Shown here in pieces: positions 20,559-29,561 of a DNA stretch of 64,000 nucleotides. A program made the translations under genes and the position numbers. Under the pieces are notes generated by a model. It made no database searches and had not been told where the DNA came from. It saw only the letters and a program-made list of their open reading frames with translations. Source of the DNA: a virus; the IMG/VR virus record IMGVR_UViG_3300029955_000013, positions 19,901-83,900 of that record, one strand, 5' to 3'. Position 1 is the first letter of the stretch; the number at the start of each line of letters is the position of its first letter.

Positions 20559-23024
20559 TTAACCAACGTTACTCCCAATATAACTACCAGTGTTAACAAT
20601 ATCGCCTGCCTGACTCGCAGGCGGAATGGCGTTGCTTATAGGTGTTAACTGCGTGCTCGGTGCCGAAGGCGTTGTCTTGACGCTCTTGTTTATTATGTCC
20701 TGCAGTGTTTGAGGCTGGGATACGAGAGGGGCGGTAGTCGATATGTTGTTCGCAGACTTAGGTATCACCACCGGGCTTCCATTTATTATCAAGTCCGTGT
20801 TCGTTATATCTTGGTTACTCGCGCTGCTGCTGTATTGTTTGCTCTGCGTGGTAGTACTGTTGCTGTTCTGAGGGATGGACGCGCCGCCTATGACGGAAAC
20901 ACTGTTGCTACCGATGCCCATTTGCGCGGCTATCTGGTTGGCCACGTAAGCCACCCTTATGTATGCGTTCATAGCATCCTGCGCCGCCTGTTTTGCGGCC
21001 AAAGAGCTCGTTGTATTTTGCGTCACAGTCGTTAAGTTGTTGTAAGAGCTTTTATATGAGCTCAATTGGTTATTGTAATTAGCCGTGCCGTTCTGCAACA
21101 CAGAAGGGTTCGCGCTGGTGCCGTTAACCGGATTCGTCGTAGAGGACCCGGAAGAGTTGTTGTTGTCTATACTCAACAACCCCACACCAGTCTGCCTGCT
21201 TATTTCGCCGTTGTCGAACTCCCTTCTGTTATAGAAACCGAAATAGTTCGACGAAGGCTCGTCGTCGTGTATTACCTGGAGGTTCATATTGACTTTAACG
21301 GCCATTGGTACGTGGCCTATATACGATGGATTCAAGTCGATCATGTTGCTGAAATCGTTGAAGTCGAGTGTATAGTCTTTTATGGTGCAAACGAGGTCGA
21401 ACATGTCGGTTACCCTCAGTCTGATCAGCGGCTGCTCTTTCATTTTGCCGTCAGTTCTGTAGTAAGGATACACGCACTGGGCCAAGAAGTTCAACTTGAG
21501 CCACAACGTGTTAGGTGTGTCCGAATACTTGCCGGGTATGTGGTTTCCTACCTGGCCATCATATTTCTGTATTGGTGGTATCATGTAGCCGTTTCCCCAG
21601 TCGAGCTTTGCGTCCTGTATTGCTTGTATTTGATCGACAACATTCGTCGAGTTGGCGATCGCTTGATTCAATTGCTGCATAGCAGCGAAGTAGTCGAGCG
21701 AGAAGTCTGCGATTATAGAAAAGGATATGCTCATTGACCTCGTAGTGTTCTTATACATGGAAACACTCTCCCCCCTTCCAAGGAAATTGTACTCAGACTT
21801 CTGAGAAGAAAACTGGTCAGAAAACCCATCTATGTAGGCGGAGAAAACCATCCTGTTGCTCAAGTTGTTGTTGCCTGTTATGCCGAGCTGTGACGCAATA
21901 GGGTTCTTCTTATAAGGGTCACCATTGTCGTACCTTCCGTGCAGTTTTTCTATAAAAAATCTGTAGGCTCCTGGAGGGGTGTCGATGCTTGCCTTGCCGT
22001 ACATTTGCTGTATGGAATCGTTTATCTCCTGGCTGAATGGCGTGTCCTTCGTGCTCATCTTGGCCGCGTCTGGTATAAATTTCTTGCCCTTAGGCGTCGT
22101 CCTGCTGGCCCAACCCTTGAATAGCGTTGGGTCGTTTTGAGTGCTTGATGCGCCGTAAAACTGTACGTGTTGCGGGTTGAAGTCCTGATTATTAGCGTTG
22201 AAATCCGATATGTTCTGCATCAGATTGTTATACACGTAATCTTTACCATGTATGGGATAGTTGTCGAGCGGTTGAAATGTATCGACCGTTTTATTGGTCC
22301 CAGAATGAGATATGTCCATGGACCCTGGCGTCTGCTCAAGGTCAAAGCCAACGTTGGTGACGCCTGGAGTGTTAATGTATATTTTTTTGTTGTCTTGTTG
22401 TGATGTAGTGGCTGCGTCTTTGTTTATGTTATAACTATCAGTTGTGTTTCTATTTATAAGTTCAGTATGTACGTGATCGGACACCGCGAGCCAAAGCGGC
22501 TGGATGTCACCGTTGTTGAAGTCTGTGTTTATGTACTGGCTCGTATCAATCGTCTTGTCGTACTTTAACGGGTTCTGAACCGACGGGTCTGGAGCCTGTG
22601 TTATGCTATCAATGTTGTATACGAGCACATCATCAGAAATGTCGCTGGTGTTTGCCAGGTAGTTACTTATGTCACTATTCTGAGAGTTCATCGCATCAAA
22701 TACGTTCGAGTACTGGCTGTCAGCAAGCATCTGGCCGGCCACACCAGCGATTTCGACGTCTTGTACCGCTATTTGAATTCTGCTGTCGGCGTAGTATGCG
22801 AGAGTTGTGGCCTCTATTTCTGTCAGAACCTTAATGTAGTTCTCGTCCATCGTATCGGTAGGGCTGAACAGGCTCGCGCTCGTCTGGTTTATGAGCGCGA
22901 GCAATGCTCCATAAGTCGGGTCAACTCCCGTAACTGCATCCGTCACCGGCAATAGGGCGTTCGTCACGACCGAAGGCACACTGACTGGTATCGATAAGGG
23001 AAGACCTGGAATGTTTATAGGCAT
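20559..23024 (-). CDS. baseplate/tail-tube initiator-like protein
   Basis: GRGESV.MYKNTTRS.SISF, QCVYPYY, PLIRLR; upstream of LysM gene. Confidence 0.55.
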   Translation of the reverse strand: MPINIPGLPLSIPVSVPSVVTNALLPVTDAVTGVDPTYGALLALINQTSASLFSPTDTMDENYIKVLTEIEATTLAYYADSRIQIAVQDVEIAGVAGQMLADSQYSNVFDAMNSQNSDISNYLANTSDISDDVLVYNIDSITQAPDPSVQNPLKYDKTIDTSQYINTDFNNGDIQPLWLAVSDHVHTELINRNTTDSYNINKDAATTSQQDNKKIYINTPGVTNVGFDLEQTPGSMDISHSGTNKTVDTFQPLDNYPIHGKDYVYNNLMQNISDFNANNQDFNPQHVQFYGASSTQNDPTLFKGWASRTTPKGKKFIPDAAKMSTKDTPFSQEINDSIQQMYGKASIDTPPGAYRFFIEKLHGRYDNGDPYKKNPIASQLGITGNNNLSNRMVFSAYIDGFSDQFSSQKSEYNFLGRGESVSMYKNTTRSMSISFSIIADFSLDYFAAMQQLNQAIANSTNVVDQIQAIQDAKLDWGNGYMIPPIQKYDGQVGNHIPGKYSDTPNTLWLKLNFLAQCVYPYYRTDGKMKEQPLIRLRVTDMFDLVCTIKDYTLDFNDFSNMIDLNPSYIGHVPMAVKVNMNLQVIHDDEPSSNYFGFYNRREFDNGEISRQTGVGLLSIDNNNSSGSSTTNPVNGTSANPSVLQNGTANYNNQLSSYKSSYNNLTTVTQNTTSSLAAKQAAQDAMNAYIRVAYVANQIAAQMGIGSNSVSVIGGASIPQNSNSTTTQSKQYSSSASNQDITNTDLIINGSPVVIPKSANNISTTAPLVSQPQTLQDIINKSVKTTPSAPSTQLTPISNAIPPASQAGDIVNTGSYIGSNVG

Positions 23025-23073
23025 TAACTATTTTTATTTTAAATAAGACAGAAGGCTCGTTTTTTACGTTTTT

Positions 23074-23130
23074 GTGAAATCCGCGCACTATATACGGATA
23101 TATTGTATATATTATAATAGAAAGTTCCAG
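23074..23130 (-). repeat. 57-bp inverted repeat, right copy
   Basis: Exact reverse complement of 4314-4370. Confidence 0.95.
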
Positions 23131-23200
23131 AAAATATGGAGCTGTGGTGTGTTCTTCTATCTTATTTGTGCTTTTTGAAACTTATGTACATATTTGCTCT

Positions 23201-23410
23201 ATGAAAAGGAATAGCAAAACATACTTGATTTTCGTAGCGTTAATGCTCGTTTGTATTTTATTGGAAGATTTTTTTTGTCGGCTCGCTTTCGGCACTTGGC
23301 GCGTACAGGAATACCCCGTGTTCGGCATTGTCATTTGGCTATTCAGTTTGATCTGGATCGGGCGAGAGTGTGCAGACCTGAGCATAATTCTTACTGAAAA
23401 CGAAAAATAA
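23201..23410 (+). CDS. small two-TM membrane protein
   Basis: Two hydrophobic segments. Confidence 0.5.
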   Translation: MKRNSKTYLIFVALMLVCILLEDFFCRLAFGTWRVQEYPVFGIVIWLFSLIWIGRECADLSIILTENEK

Positions 23411-23484
23411 ATTTTTTTATTTCGGAATTACCCATATCTTTGTCTTCTAATTGGGTATTTAAAGTATTAGTTCTTTTACATTAT

Positions 23485-23899
23485 GGGGCCAAACAGGTTA
23501 TCGACTTAACGGTGTATGAGTCAGTAGTCATGCAGGGACAATTCGAATTGAGTTCCTCTAATAAATACATTCGATGCTATAAACGCAAAAAACAAAAGAA
23601 TCGCTGAAGGCGGCGCAATTCTAAGAAACATTTTCAGCAAGTCCGAAGCACCTTGTGCTATCGCAGCCTAATAAGCTTGCTGGAGAGTGCGCAAACTACT
23701 AAGTGTTTGCCAAGTGTGGTCGGGTAAATGTGGTTTCGCTTTTCTGCCATTGAGCGTAACTGCAGCACTTAGCAAAATGCTGTTATACCGAGATATAAAT
23801 GCAATCTGATATTCTCCTGGAAGAAACCAGCGATAAGCATGTGAGTTCCTACAGAACGTAAACGTTAAACACGAGGGTTCGACTCCCTCTGGCTCCACC
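23485..23899 (+). ncRNA. ssrA: transfer-messenger RNA
   Basis: 5' GGGGCCA...TCGAC; 3' T-arm GAGGGTTCGACTCCCTC then TGGCTCCACC; G3:U70; tag ORF 23585-23671 ending AIAA TAA TAA. Confidence 0.93.
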
Positions 23900-23938
23900 G
23901 AACCTAAATTTAATAGTATTTAAAGTGTAAAGTTTTGA

Positions 23939-24862
23939 ATGAATTTGAATTTAGGTAAACAGAAATTTTTTGTGATCTATCAGATTACCAATTTATTGAA
24001 TGGTAAGATTTATGTCGGTGCACATTGTACTTATGATGTGAATGATAAGTACATGGGTAGCTCCAAACACCTCAAAAAAGATATTAAAGAGTTAGGCCGA
24101 CAGAATTTTGCGAAGGAGATTTTACATGTCTTTGACAATAAAGAAGACATGATGGCAAAAGAGGCAGAAATTGTTGATCAAGAGTTCTGTCATCGAACTG
24201 ATACTTACAATCGTATGATTGGCGGGATAACAGAAATGTTATGGAATAATATGGTTTCGGTTCGAGATAAGGATGGAAACTATTTGAAAGTGTATAATGA
24301 TGATCCGCGTTATCTTTCCGGAGAATTTGTTGGTTGTACTAATGGTTTTGTTCCAGTAAAAGATGTTGAAGGAAATTTTTTACAAGTTGCTAAAGATGAC
24401 CCACGTTATTTGTCTGGTGAATTAGTTAGTTCTGCAAAAGGAATTTTTAACGCCAAGGATAAAGACGGTAATGTTTATCAAATCAGTAATAAAGATATAA
24501 GGTGGTTATCTGGAGAGTTGGTTGGATTAACTGCTGGTTTACATGGCAATTGTGCGTTCAGTGGTAAAAAACATTCAGAAGAAACAAAAGCCAAGATCGG
24601 AAAGAAAAATTCTTTAGCTCAAAGTGGAAGTGGTAATTCAATGTTTGGTAAAAAGCAAACAAAAGAATCTAACGATAAACGGCTTGATAAGATGGGTAAA
24701 AGTTTTTTTGTATTTGATACTGATGGCAATTTTATTTCGCAAGAATTTGGAATAAATCAATATGCGAATAAAAATAACTTAACTGCCACAAGCATTGTTC
24801 AGTGTTTGAAAGGTAAACAAATAAGTCATAAAGGTTTTAAGTTTTTATACGAAAATATTTGA
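23939..24862 (+). CDS. GIY-YIG homing endonuclease (Seg-like) with NUMOD3
   Basis: IYQITNLLNGKIYVG; GKKHSEETKAKIG; three DKDGN..DPRYLSGE-type repeats; more AT-rich than flanks. Confidence 0.85.
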   Translation: MNLNLGKQKFFVIYQITNLLNGKIYVGAHCTYDVNDKYMGSSKHLKKDIKELGRQNFAKEILHVFDNKEDMMAKEAEIVDQEFCHRTDTYNRMIGGITEMLWNNMVSVRDKDGNYLKVYNDDPRYLSGEFVGCTNGFVPVKDVEGNFLQVAKDDPRYLSGELVSSAKGIFNAKDKDGNVYQISNKDIRWLSGELVGLTAGLHGNCAFSGKKHSEETKAKIGKKNSLAQSGSGNSMFGKKQTKESNDKRLDKMGKSFFVFDTDGNFISQEFGINQYANKNNLTATSIVQCLKGKQISHKGFKFLYENI

Positions 24863-24866
24863 GATT

Positions 24867-25115
24867 ATGGGTAGTTTCAGGATTGAGATTAATGCAGTCG
24901 GTGGTCATGGTGTCGATAGGGATGTAAAGGATGGAGAAATTGTAAACTTCTTTAAGGAGGGAAGTACTACTCCAGATGCGATTGCAAAGTCGATTGTTTT
25001 GATCTTACAGCACCACGGCGTTATGGTTGACACTGCTACTCTAACACACTGGCCGGGCCAGGAAGGAGAAGTCCAGGACAATCTGATAACCGGCAAGCGA
25101 AAAGGAAATTTTTAA
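24867..25115 (+). CDS. hypothetical protein
   Basis: 82-aa ORF. Confidence 0.6.
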   Translation: MGSFRIEINAVGGHGVDRDVKDGEIVNFFKEGSTTPDAIAKSIVLILQHHGVMVDTATLTHWPGQEGEVQDNLITGKRKGNF

Positions 25116-25171
25116 TTTGAAGCCCAACCTCATCGGAATTGGACTGATGTTTGGGTTTTTTAATTTTATTA

Positions 25172-25351
25172 ATGTATGTAGTTATATTCATTTTTACGGT
25201 AGGAATGCTTTTGGTAATTGAACGGTTAATAAAGCGAACACTCGAGGTCAAGCAACATTTGTTTGGTCTCAGGGATGAATTCAAAAAATTAACCGACGAT
25301 ATGATTAAAAGTGATTTTGCTATGAATGAAAAGGCTGCTCTACAAGATTAA
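25172..25351 (+). CDS. small membrane protein
   Basis: N-terminal TM. Confidence 0.45.
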   Translation: MYVVIFIFTVGMLLVIERLIKRTLEVKQHLFGLRDEFKKLTDDMIKSDFAMNEKAALQD

Positions 25352-25539
25352 ATGTGAATGGTTTAAAGTCCACACCTTTAAACGTGATTCTATTTATTTT
25401 TTTAGAGGCAATTTGATCAGGAGGTACAGGTGCATACATTGCGGCGAGACGGTTATAGTGGAGAAGAAATAAAGCAAACGGACACATTTTTGTGTCCTTT
25501 TCTATTTATAACTCTAATATTTAAAATATAAATACTTAA

Positions 25540-27033
25540 ATGGCCAGTAGGGAATTTGCTGAACAATTACAGACAAGACGTTTTGAAGAGGTAAAGGCGC
25601 TTTTCGCGAGTGTTATCAAAAAGGCGAGAATACTTCAGAAAGGCCTTGACAAGGAAAAGAGGTCTACGGACGACTTTGCATACATGATCGGCGAGCTGCT
25701 TGAGATACAGGAGCACTTCCAGAATTACAGCAAGGAAAAAACTGTTGCCGCACCGAGGGAGAACAACTTCGAGTACTTTAAGGCACTTGCCCGCAACGTA
25801 ATGGTCAGCGTTTCAAATCTTTACAAAGAGCTTGTCAAAGGCGGCTATACCACCGACGATCTCGGCTACGTCAAAGGCATCCTCAGGGACCTTAACAATA
25901 GGCTTTCCGGGTATGACACTATAAAGGAGGGCAGGACGCCGGTTGTTCGCACGAACAGGGTTAGGAGTATTATAAACAAGTTCTCTGGCAACATACTTAC
26001 GATAGAGGACGTCGAGGCTTTCTTCGCCGCGCTTACCAACCAACTTGGTATAGATTTTCACCCAGAAGACAGCTTCTATGATTACATAGACAATAACGGC
26101 CACATGACATTCTCGCCTGCGGACGCAACAGACCTCGACGAGATCATGTCCAATTGCGATGATGTTTGTTCGAGTAAAGGCTTGGATGTAAACCAGGTGG
26201 CGCTCGATACGGTCAATAATAACAAAAGCAACCCGCCTGCGGATGATGACGCCTCACAAGTAGAGGACGAGCAGCCGCTTGAGGAAGAGGACGAGCCGGA
26301 TTATAGCGACGAGGACAACGAGCATGAAAATTCACAGCAGGTCGATGACTTCATTTACAACCTTAAGACGGCCGCAGCGGGTAACCCTAACGCCCTCATC
26401 AAGAAGGCGCAAGAGCTTTCACAGAATTTCAGTTTGGATTTCATGGAATACCTAATAGACGTGCTCGAGCAGAATAATTACAGGGCTGCGGCGGCTGGCG
26501 TAAAGCAGAGCTTCGAGCAGAGGAGCAAAAGCGAGGAGTATAATCACTTCAAGGACAAGATTGATATGAACAGTCGCCTGAATTCTTCTAACTTCAACGA
26601 GAGCGAGTTTGATGATTTCGATACACAGCAACAACCTGAGGAGCAGGATGTCGAGGACTATGGCGACATGGACCAAGAGCCAGTATCGCAGGACGTGATT
26701 GACGAGCTTGAGCACTTCATCAAGCAGGTGAAGATAAACGCGTTGAGGAACCAAAATAATATAAACGACGAGGCTGGCGCCGCGTTCGCCCAATCTTCAG
26801 GTTATAGCAAAGAGGAGCTTGCTGAGTTTTTAAAGGTCCTGAAAGATCACGGAGGTTTCGACCAGATTGTCAAAGGCATAACTGAGGCGATGAGCGACGA
26901 CGGTAGCAACGATGAGGCGCCTATGTGTCATGCATGCAACGGTACTGGAGAGGGGCCTGCGAGCGGTACTTCCTGCCGTTCATGTGGAGGAAGCGGCGTG
27001 GAAGATGTAAGAAATACCTACCAGGACTATTAA
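25540..27033 (+). CDS. acidic late protein with C-terminal DnaJ-type zinc finger
   Basis: CHACNGTG...CRSCGGSG; TATTTAAA and TATAAATA upstream. Confidence 0.7.
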   Translation: MASREFAEQLQTRRFEEVKALFASVIKKARILQKGLDKEKRSTDDFAYMIGELLEIQEHFQNYSKEKTVAAPRENNFEYFKALARNVMVSVSNLYKELVKGGYTTDDLGYVKGILRDLNNRLSGYDTIKEGRTPVVRTNRVRSIINKFSGNILTIEDVEAFFAALTNQLGIDFHPEDSFYDYIDNNGHMTFSPADATDLDEIMSNCDDVCSSKGLDVNQVALDTVNNNKSNPPADDDASQVEDEQPLEEEDEPDYSDEDNEHENSQQVDDFIYNLKTAAAGNPNALIKKAQELSQNFSLDFMEYLIDVLEQNNYRAAAAGVKQSFEQRSKSEEYNHFKDKIDMNSRLNSSNFNESEFDDFDTQQQPEEQDVEDYGDMDQEPVSQDVIDELEHFIKQVKINALRNQNNINDEAGAAFAQSSGYSKEELAEFLKVLKDHGGFDQIVKGITEAMSDDGSNDEAPMCHACNGTGEGPASGTSCRSCGGSGVEDVRNTYQDY

Positions 27034-27102
27034 GGAAAACGGGTTTCTGGGAAAAAAACAAGAAAATTTTTGAAAAAATTTTTTTATTCTGGAAAAGTAC
27101 CG

Positions 27103-27110
27103 TACATTTG
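27103..27110 (+). promoter_or_regulatory. Bacteroidota sigma-70 -7 element for tRNA block 1
   Basis: TACATTTG matches TAnnTTTG. Confidence 0.75.
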
Positions 27111-27155
27111 TACTCTAAATAGCAAATAAGCAAATTTAAAGTATATAAAATATAT

Positions 27156-27248
27156 ATGAACAACAAGGTAAACATATTGATATTAGGCACCGAAGGCACA
27201 ACAGAGATTCTCGAAGGAATCCACTGGCTCCCAGCTCTATGTTCGTAA
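27156..27248 (+). CDS. attenuator leader peptide 1, MNNKVNILILGTEGTTEILEGIHWLPALCS
   Basis: 30-codon ORF between promoter and terminator; codons 7-22 are all I/L/G/T/E. Confidence 0.8.
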   Translation: MNNKVNILILGTEGTTEILEGIHWLPALCS

Positions 27249-27270
27249 GTTTACATTATGAATAAATTCG

Positions 27271-27305
27271 AAGCCTGGGAATAATCACCCAGGCTTTTTT
27301 ATTTT
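27271..27305 (+). terminator. attenuator terminator 1
   Basis: AAGCCTGGG/CCCAGGCTT plus U-tract; 5' arm can instead pair with TCCCAG (27229-27234). Confidence 0.85.
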
Positions 27306-27308
27306 AAC

Positions 27309-27384
27309 GGGAAAATCGCATAGTCAGGTCTATTGCCTCTGCCTTCCAAGCAGGTGTTCGTCGGTTCGAATCCGTCTTTTCCCT
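27309..27384 (+). tRNA. tRNA-Gly(TCC)
   Basis: GGGAAAA/TTTTCCC; loop CT-TCC-AA. Confidence 0.85.
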
Positions 27385-27441
27385 CACACGGGGCTCAGAT
27401 ACAAAGGTATCGTCTGCCCATGTTCTTTGACATATTATTAA

Positions 27442-27520
27442 GCCATGGTGGCACAGTGGTCGACTGCACCGGTCTTGTAAACCGGAATACAACACGTGGG
27501 TTCGAATCCCACCCATGGCT
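27442..27520 (+). tRNA. tRNA-Thr(TGT)
   Basis: GCCATGG/CCATGGC; CCGGT-CTTGTAA-ACCGG. Confidence 0.9.
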
Positions 27521-27526
27521 CATTAT

Positions 27527-27598
27527 CATCCTGTAGTCTAACGGTTAGGACGTCAGATTTTCACTCTGGAGATGGGGGTTCGATTCTCCCCAGGATGG
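27527..27598 (+). tRNA. tRNA-Glu(TTC)
   Basis: CATCCTG/CAGGATG; loop TT-TTC-AC. Confidence 0.9.
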
Positions 27599-27631
27599 CG
27601 ATTTTTAAAAGCTAATTTATAAATTCGTTTT

Positions 27632-28351
27632 ATGGAAAATCTTTATGACATTAACGGCCTCGTTTTCTGGAGCAAGAGGGAGATACAGTTTAGGAGGTAT
27701 GCGCAGGAATTTTTTTCGAGGGAGATAAGTGACCTGCTCATATTTGAGAACAAGAGCTGGTCTTTCCATGAGACTGAAGGCCCGCTGCTCATTCCTAAGT
27801 CCTTAATCAACGCCGATTATACCAACGAGGACATTTGGGTACAGGAAGTAATTGGCGACGATAACGAGCTCGTATTGAGGCCTGAGACTACTCCAAGCTC
27901 TTTCCGGTATGCGGTTTCTTTGATAAATAACTATGTTTCGCTCCCACCTATGGTTGTGGAGCAGACCGGCAAGTCATTCAGGCGGGAGCAGGATCAGGTC
28001 TCAAAGAACATGAGGCTCAAGGAATTCTACCAGCAGGAGTTCCAGTGCATTTATGCGGCGGACACCTTTAATGATTATCAGTCTAAGATATTGCCCGGCT
28101 TGGTGGCGGTTTTCCAAAAGCTGATTGGTAAGCCTTGCAGGATGGTAGATAGCGACAGGCTGCCTTCTTACAGCTTAAGGACTGTCGATGTGGAGGTGAA
28201 TAATGGTAACAAGTGGATGGAGGTTTGTTCTGTTTCAAAACGTACGGATTTTCCTATTCAAGTTAAGTTTGGTTCCAAGGAACCGAAGCCTATGCTGGTT
28301 CTCGAGATCGCGATAGGCCTTGACAGGTGCGTTTACAATTACTTTTTATAA
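27632..28351 (+). CDS. minimal class II aminoacyl-tRNA synthetase catalytic domain (GlyRS alpha2-like)
   Basis: LRPET, motif 2 GKSFRRE...EFYQQE, motif 3 EIAIGLDR; ends right after motif 3. Confidence 0.8.
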   Translation: MENLYDINGLVFWSKREIQFRRYAQEFFSREISDLLIFENKSWSFHETEGPLLIPKSLINADYTNEDIWVQEVIGDDNELVLRPETTPSSFRYAVSLINNYVSLPPMVVEQTGKSFRREQDQVSKNMRLKEFYQQEFQCIYAADTFNDYQSKILPGLVAVFQKLIGKPCRMVDSDRLPSYSLRTVDVEVNNGNKWMEVCSVSKRTDFPIQVKFGSKEPKPMLVLEIAIGLDRCVYNYFL

Positions 28352-28368
28352 TATTTTGCGGCCGAAAA

Positions 28369-28439
28369 GCATTTGTAGTTCAGTGATAGAACATGCCTCT
28401 CGTAAAGGTAAAACAGCAGTTTGATTCTGCTCTAATGCT
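28369..28439 (+). tRNA. tRNA-Thr(CGT), degenerate
   Basis: TGCCT-CTCGTAA-AGGTA; T-loop TTTGATT and D-loop lacking GG. Confidence 0.65.
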
Positions 28440-28496
28440 CATAAAGTTTTATTACTCTGGGGATTTCGATGTACATTTGCTTTGAAACATTATTCT

Positions 28497-29015
28497 ATGT
28501 ACAACATAAACAAGCGAGCGTTGGATATAAGGAAGATGTTTGGTGAGATTGCAGACATGAACAGTCCTTATGCTGGAACTCTGGATCTCGTTGTTAGGGA
28601 GGAAAAGATTTTCTGCATACTTGCCGAGTCGGTTAGCCAAACGCAGGCGAACTTCATGGTTCAAGAAATCTCAATGTCTTTCTTCCAGGACACGAAGAAC
28701 ATGTTGCTGTCGCAGGCCAAACTGATGCAGAATTTCATAGACACTTATTCTTCGTACGGTCCTGAGTTTAAGATAATAGAAGGGCAGCGAATGGCGTACC
28801 AGAATATGCTTAATTCAATAAATGGTTTGATCGAAGATGTTGACTCACATATAGAATTGTACACTCAATATATTGCGACCAACAACATAATAAAGAAAAG
28901 TATGAAGAAGACTATGAGGGAATGGAAGAAGAACGGTTTTCCTGATCGTTTTGCCGACTCGAGAGATATTCAGATAGTTCCAGACATAATGGGTAATGGT
29001 ACCACACCACCATAA
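28497..29015 (+). CDS. hypothetical protein
   Basis: Preceded by TACATTTG at 28472. Confidence 0.6.
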   Translation: MYNINKRALDIRKMFGEIADMNSPYAGTLDLVVREEKIFCILAESVSQTQANFMVQEISMSFFQDTKNMLLSQAKLMQNFIDTYSSYGPEFKIIEGQRMAYQNMLNSINGLIEDVDSHIELYTQYIATNNIIKKSMKKTMREWKKNGFPDRFADSRDIQIVPDIMGNGTTPP

Positions 29016-29023
29016 ATTAAAAT

Positions 29024-29095
29024 GCTCCGCTCTTCTAACGGTTAGGATGTGACCCTCTCACGGTTACGATACGGGTTCGATTCCCGTGCGGAGTA
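29024..29095 (+). tRNA. tRNA-Glu(CTC)
   Basis: GCTCCGC/GCGGAGT; loop CT-CTC-AC. Confidence 0.9.
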
Positions 29096-29110
29096 CAAAA
29101 AATAATTGAA

Positions 29111-29308
29111 ATGGGTTGGAAATGTACGCAGATTTTGACGAGACAGGAGGCGATAAATTTGATTGTTAGGTTGTCTGATGTGAGCATCTTGGAGAGCCTT
29201 TCTGACGACGATTTGTCAAACGTGGTTGACGGATTTTGTGGAGATAACATGGATATGCCTTATTATGGCTGCAACTTCATGGTCTCCGATGTTATAGATA
29301 ATGATTAA
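29111..29308 (+). CDS. hypothetical protein
   Basis: Small ORF between tRNAs. Confidence 0.55.
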   Translation: MGWKCTQILTRQEAINLIVRLSDVSILESLSDDDLSNVVDGFCGDNMDMPYYGCNFMVSDVIDND

Positions 29309-29312
29309 ATAA

Positions 29313-29384
29313 GCAGGAATAGCACAATGGCCAGTGTACGGGTTTGCCAAATCTGATATGGGAGTTCGATTCTCCCCTCCTGCT
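29313..29384 (+). tRNA. tRNA-Gly(GCC)
   Basis: GCAGGAA/CTCCTGC; loop TT-GCC-AA. Confidence 0.85.
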
Positions 29385-29465
29385 CTGTGTGTGCAAATAA
29401 AGTTCGAATCTTTACCTTATGTACCGGTTAGGGTAGGGTTAGTTCAATTGGTAGAACGGCACAGT
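29385..29465 (+). ncRNA. circularly permuted tRNA-like element (T-arm, closed acceptor stem, D-arm)
   Basis: TGTGC...AAAG-TTCGAAT-CTTT, ACCTTAT/GTAGGGT, GTTC-AATTGGTA-GAAC, GCACA. Confidence 0.65.
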
Positions 29466-29468
29466 GTC

Positions 29469-29541
29469 GGGCATGTAACTCAGCGGTTAGAGTAGTTCGC
29501 TCATAACGAAAAGGTCGTAGGTTCGATTCCTACCTCGCCCA
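29469..29541 (+). tRNA. tRNA with CAT anticodon, probably Ile2 (lysidine type)
   Basis: GGGC acceptor start, loop CT-CAT-AA, A73; two acceptor mismatches. Confidence 0.7.
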
Positions 29542-29561
29542 CCTTAAAAGCAAGAATACGA

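Noticed and set aside
23668-23898. Minus-strand 76-aa ORF
   Set aside because: Antisense shadow of the tmRNA.
27304-27536. ORFs overlapping tRNAs (also 30146-30448, 39840-40079, 47882-48070, 57833-58102)
   Set aside because: They are translations of tRNA sequence or its antisense.
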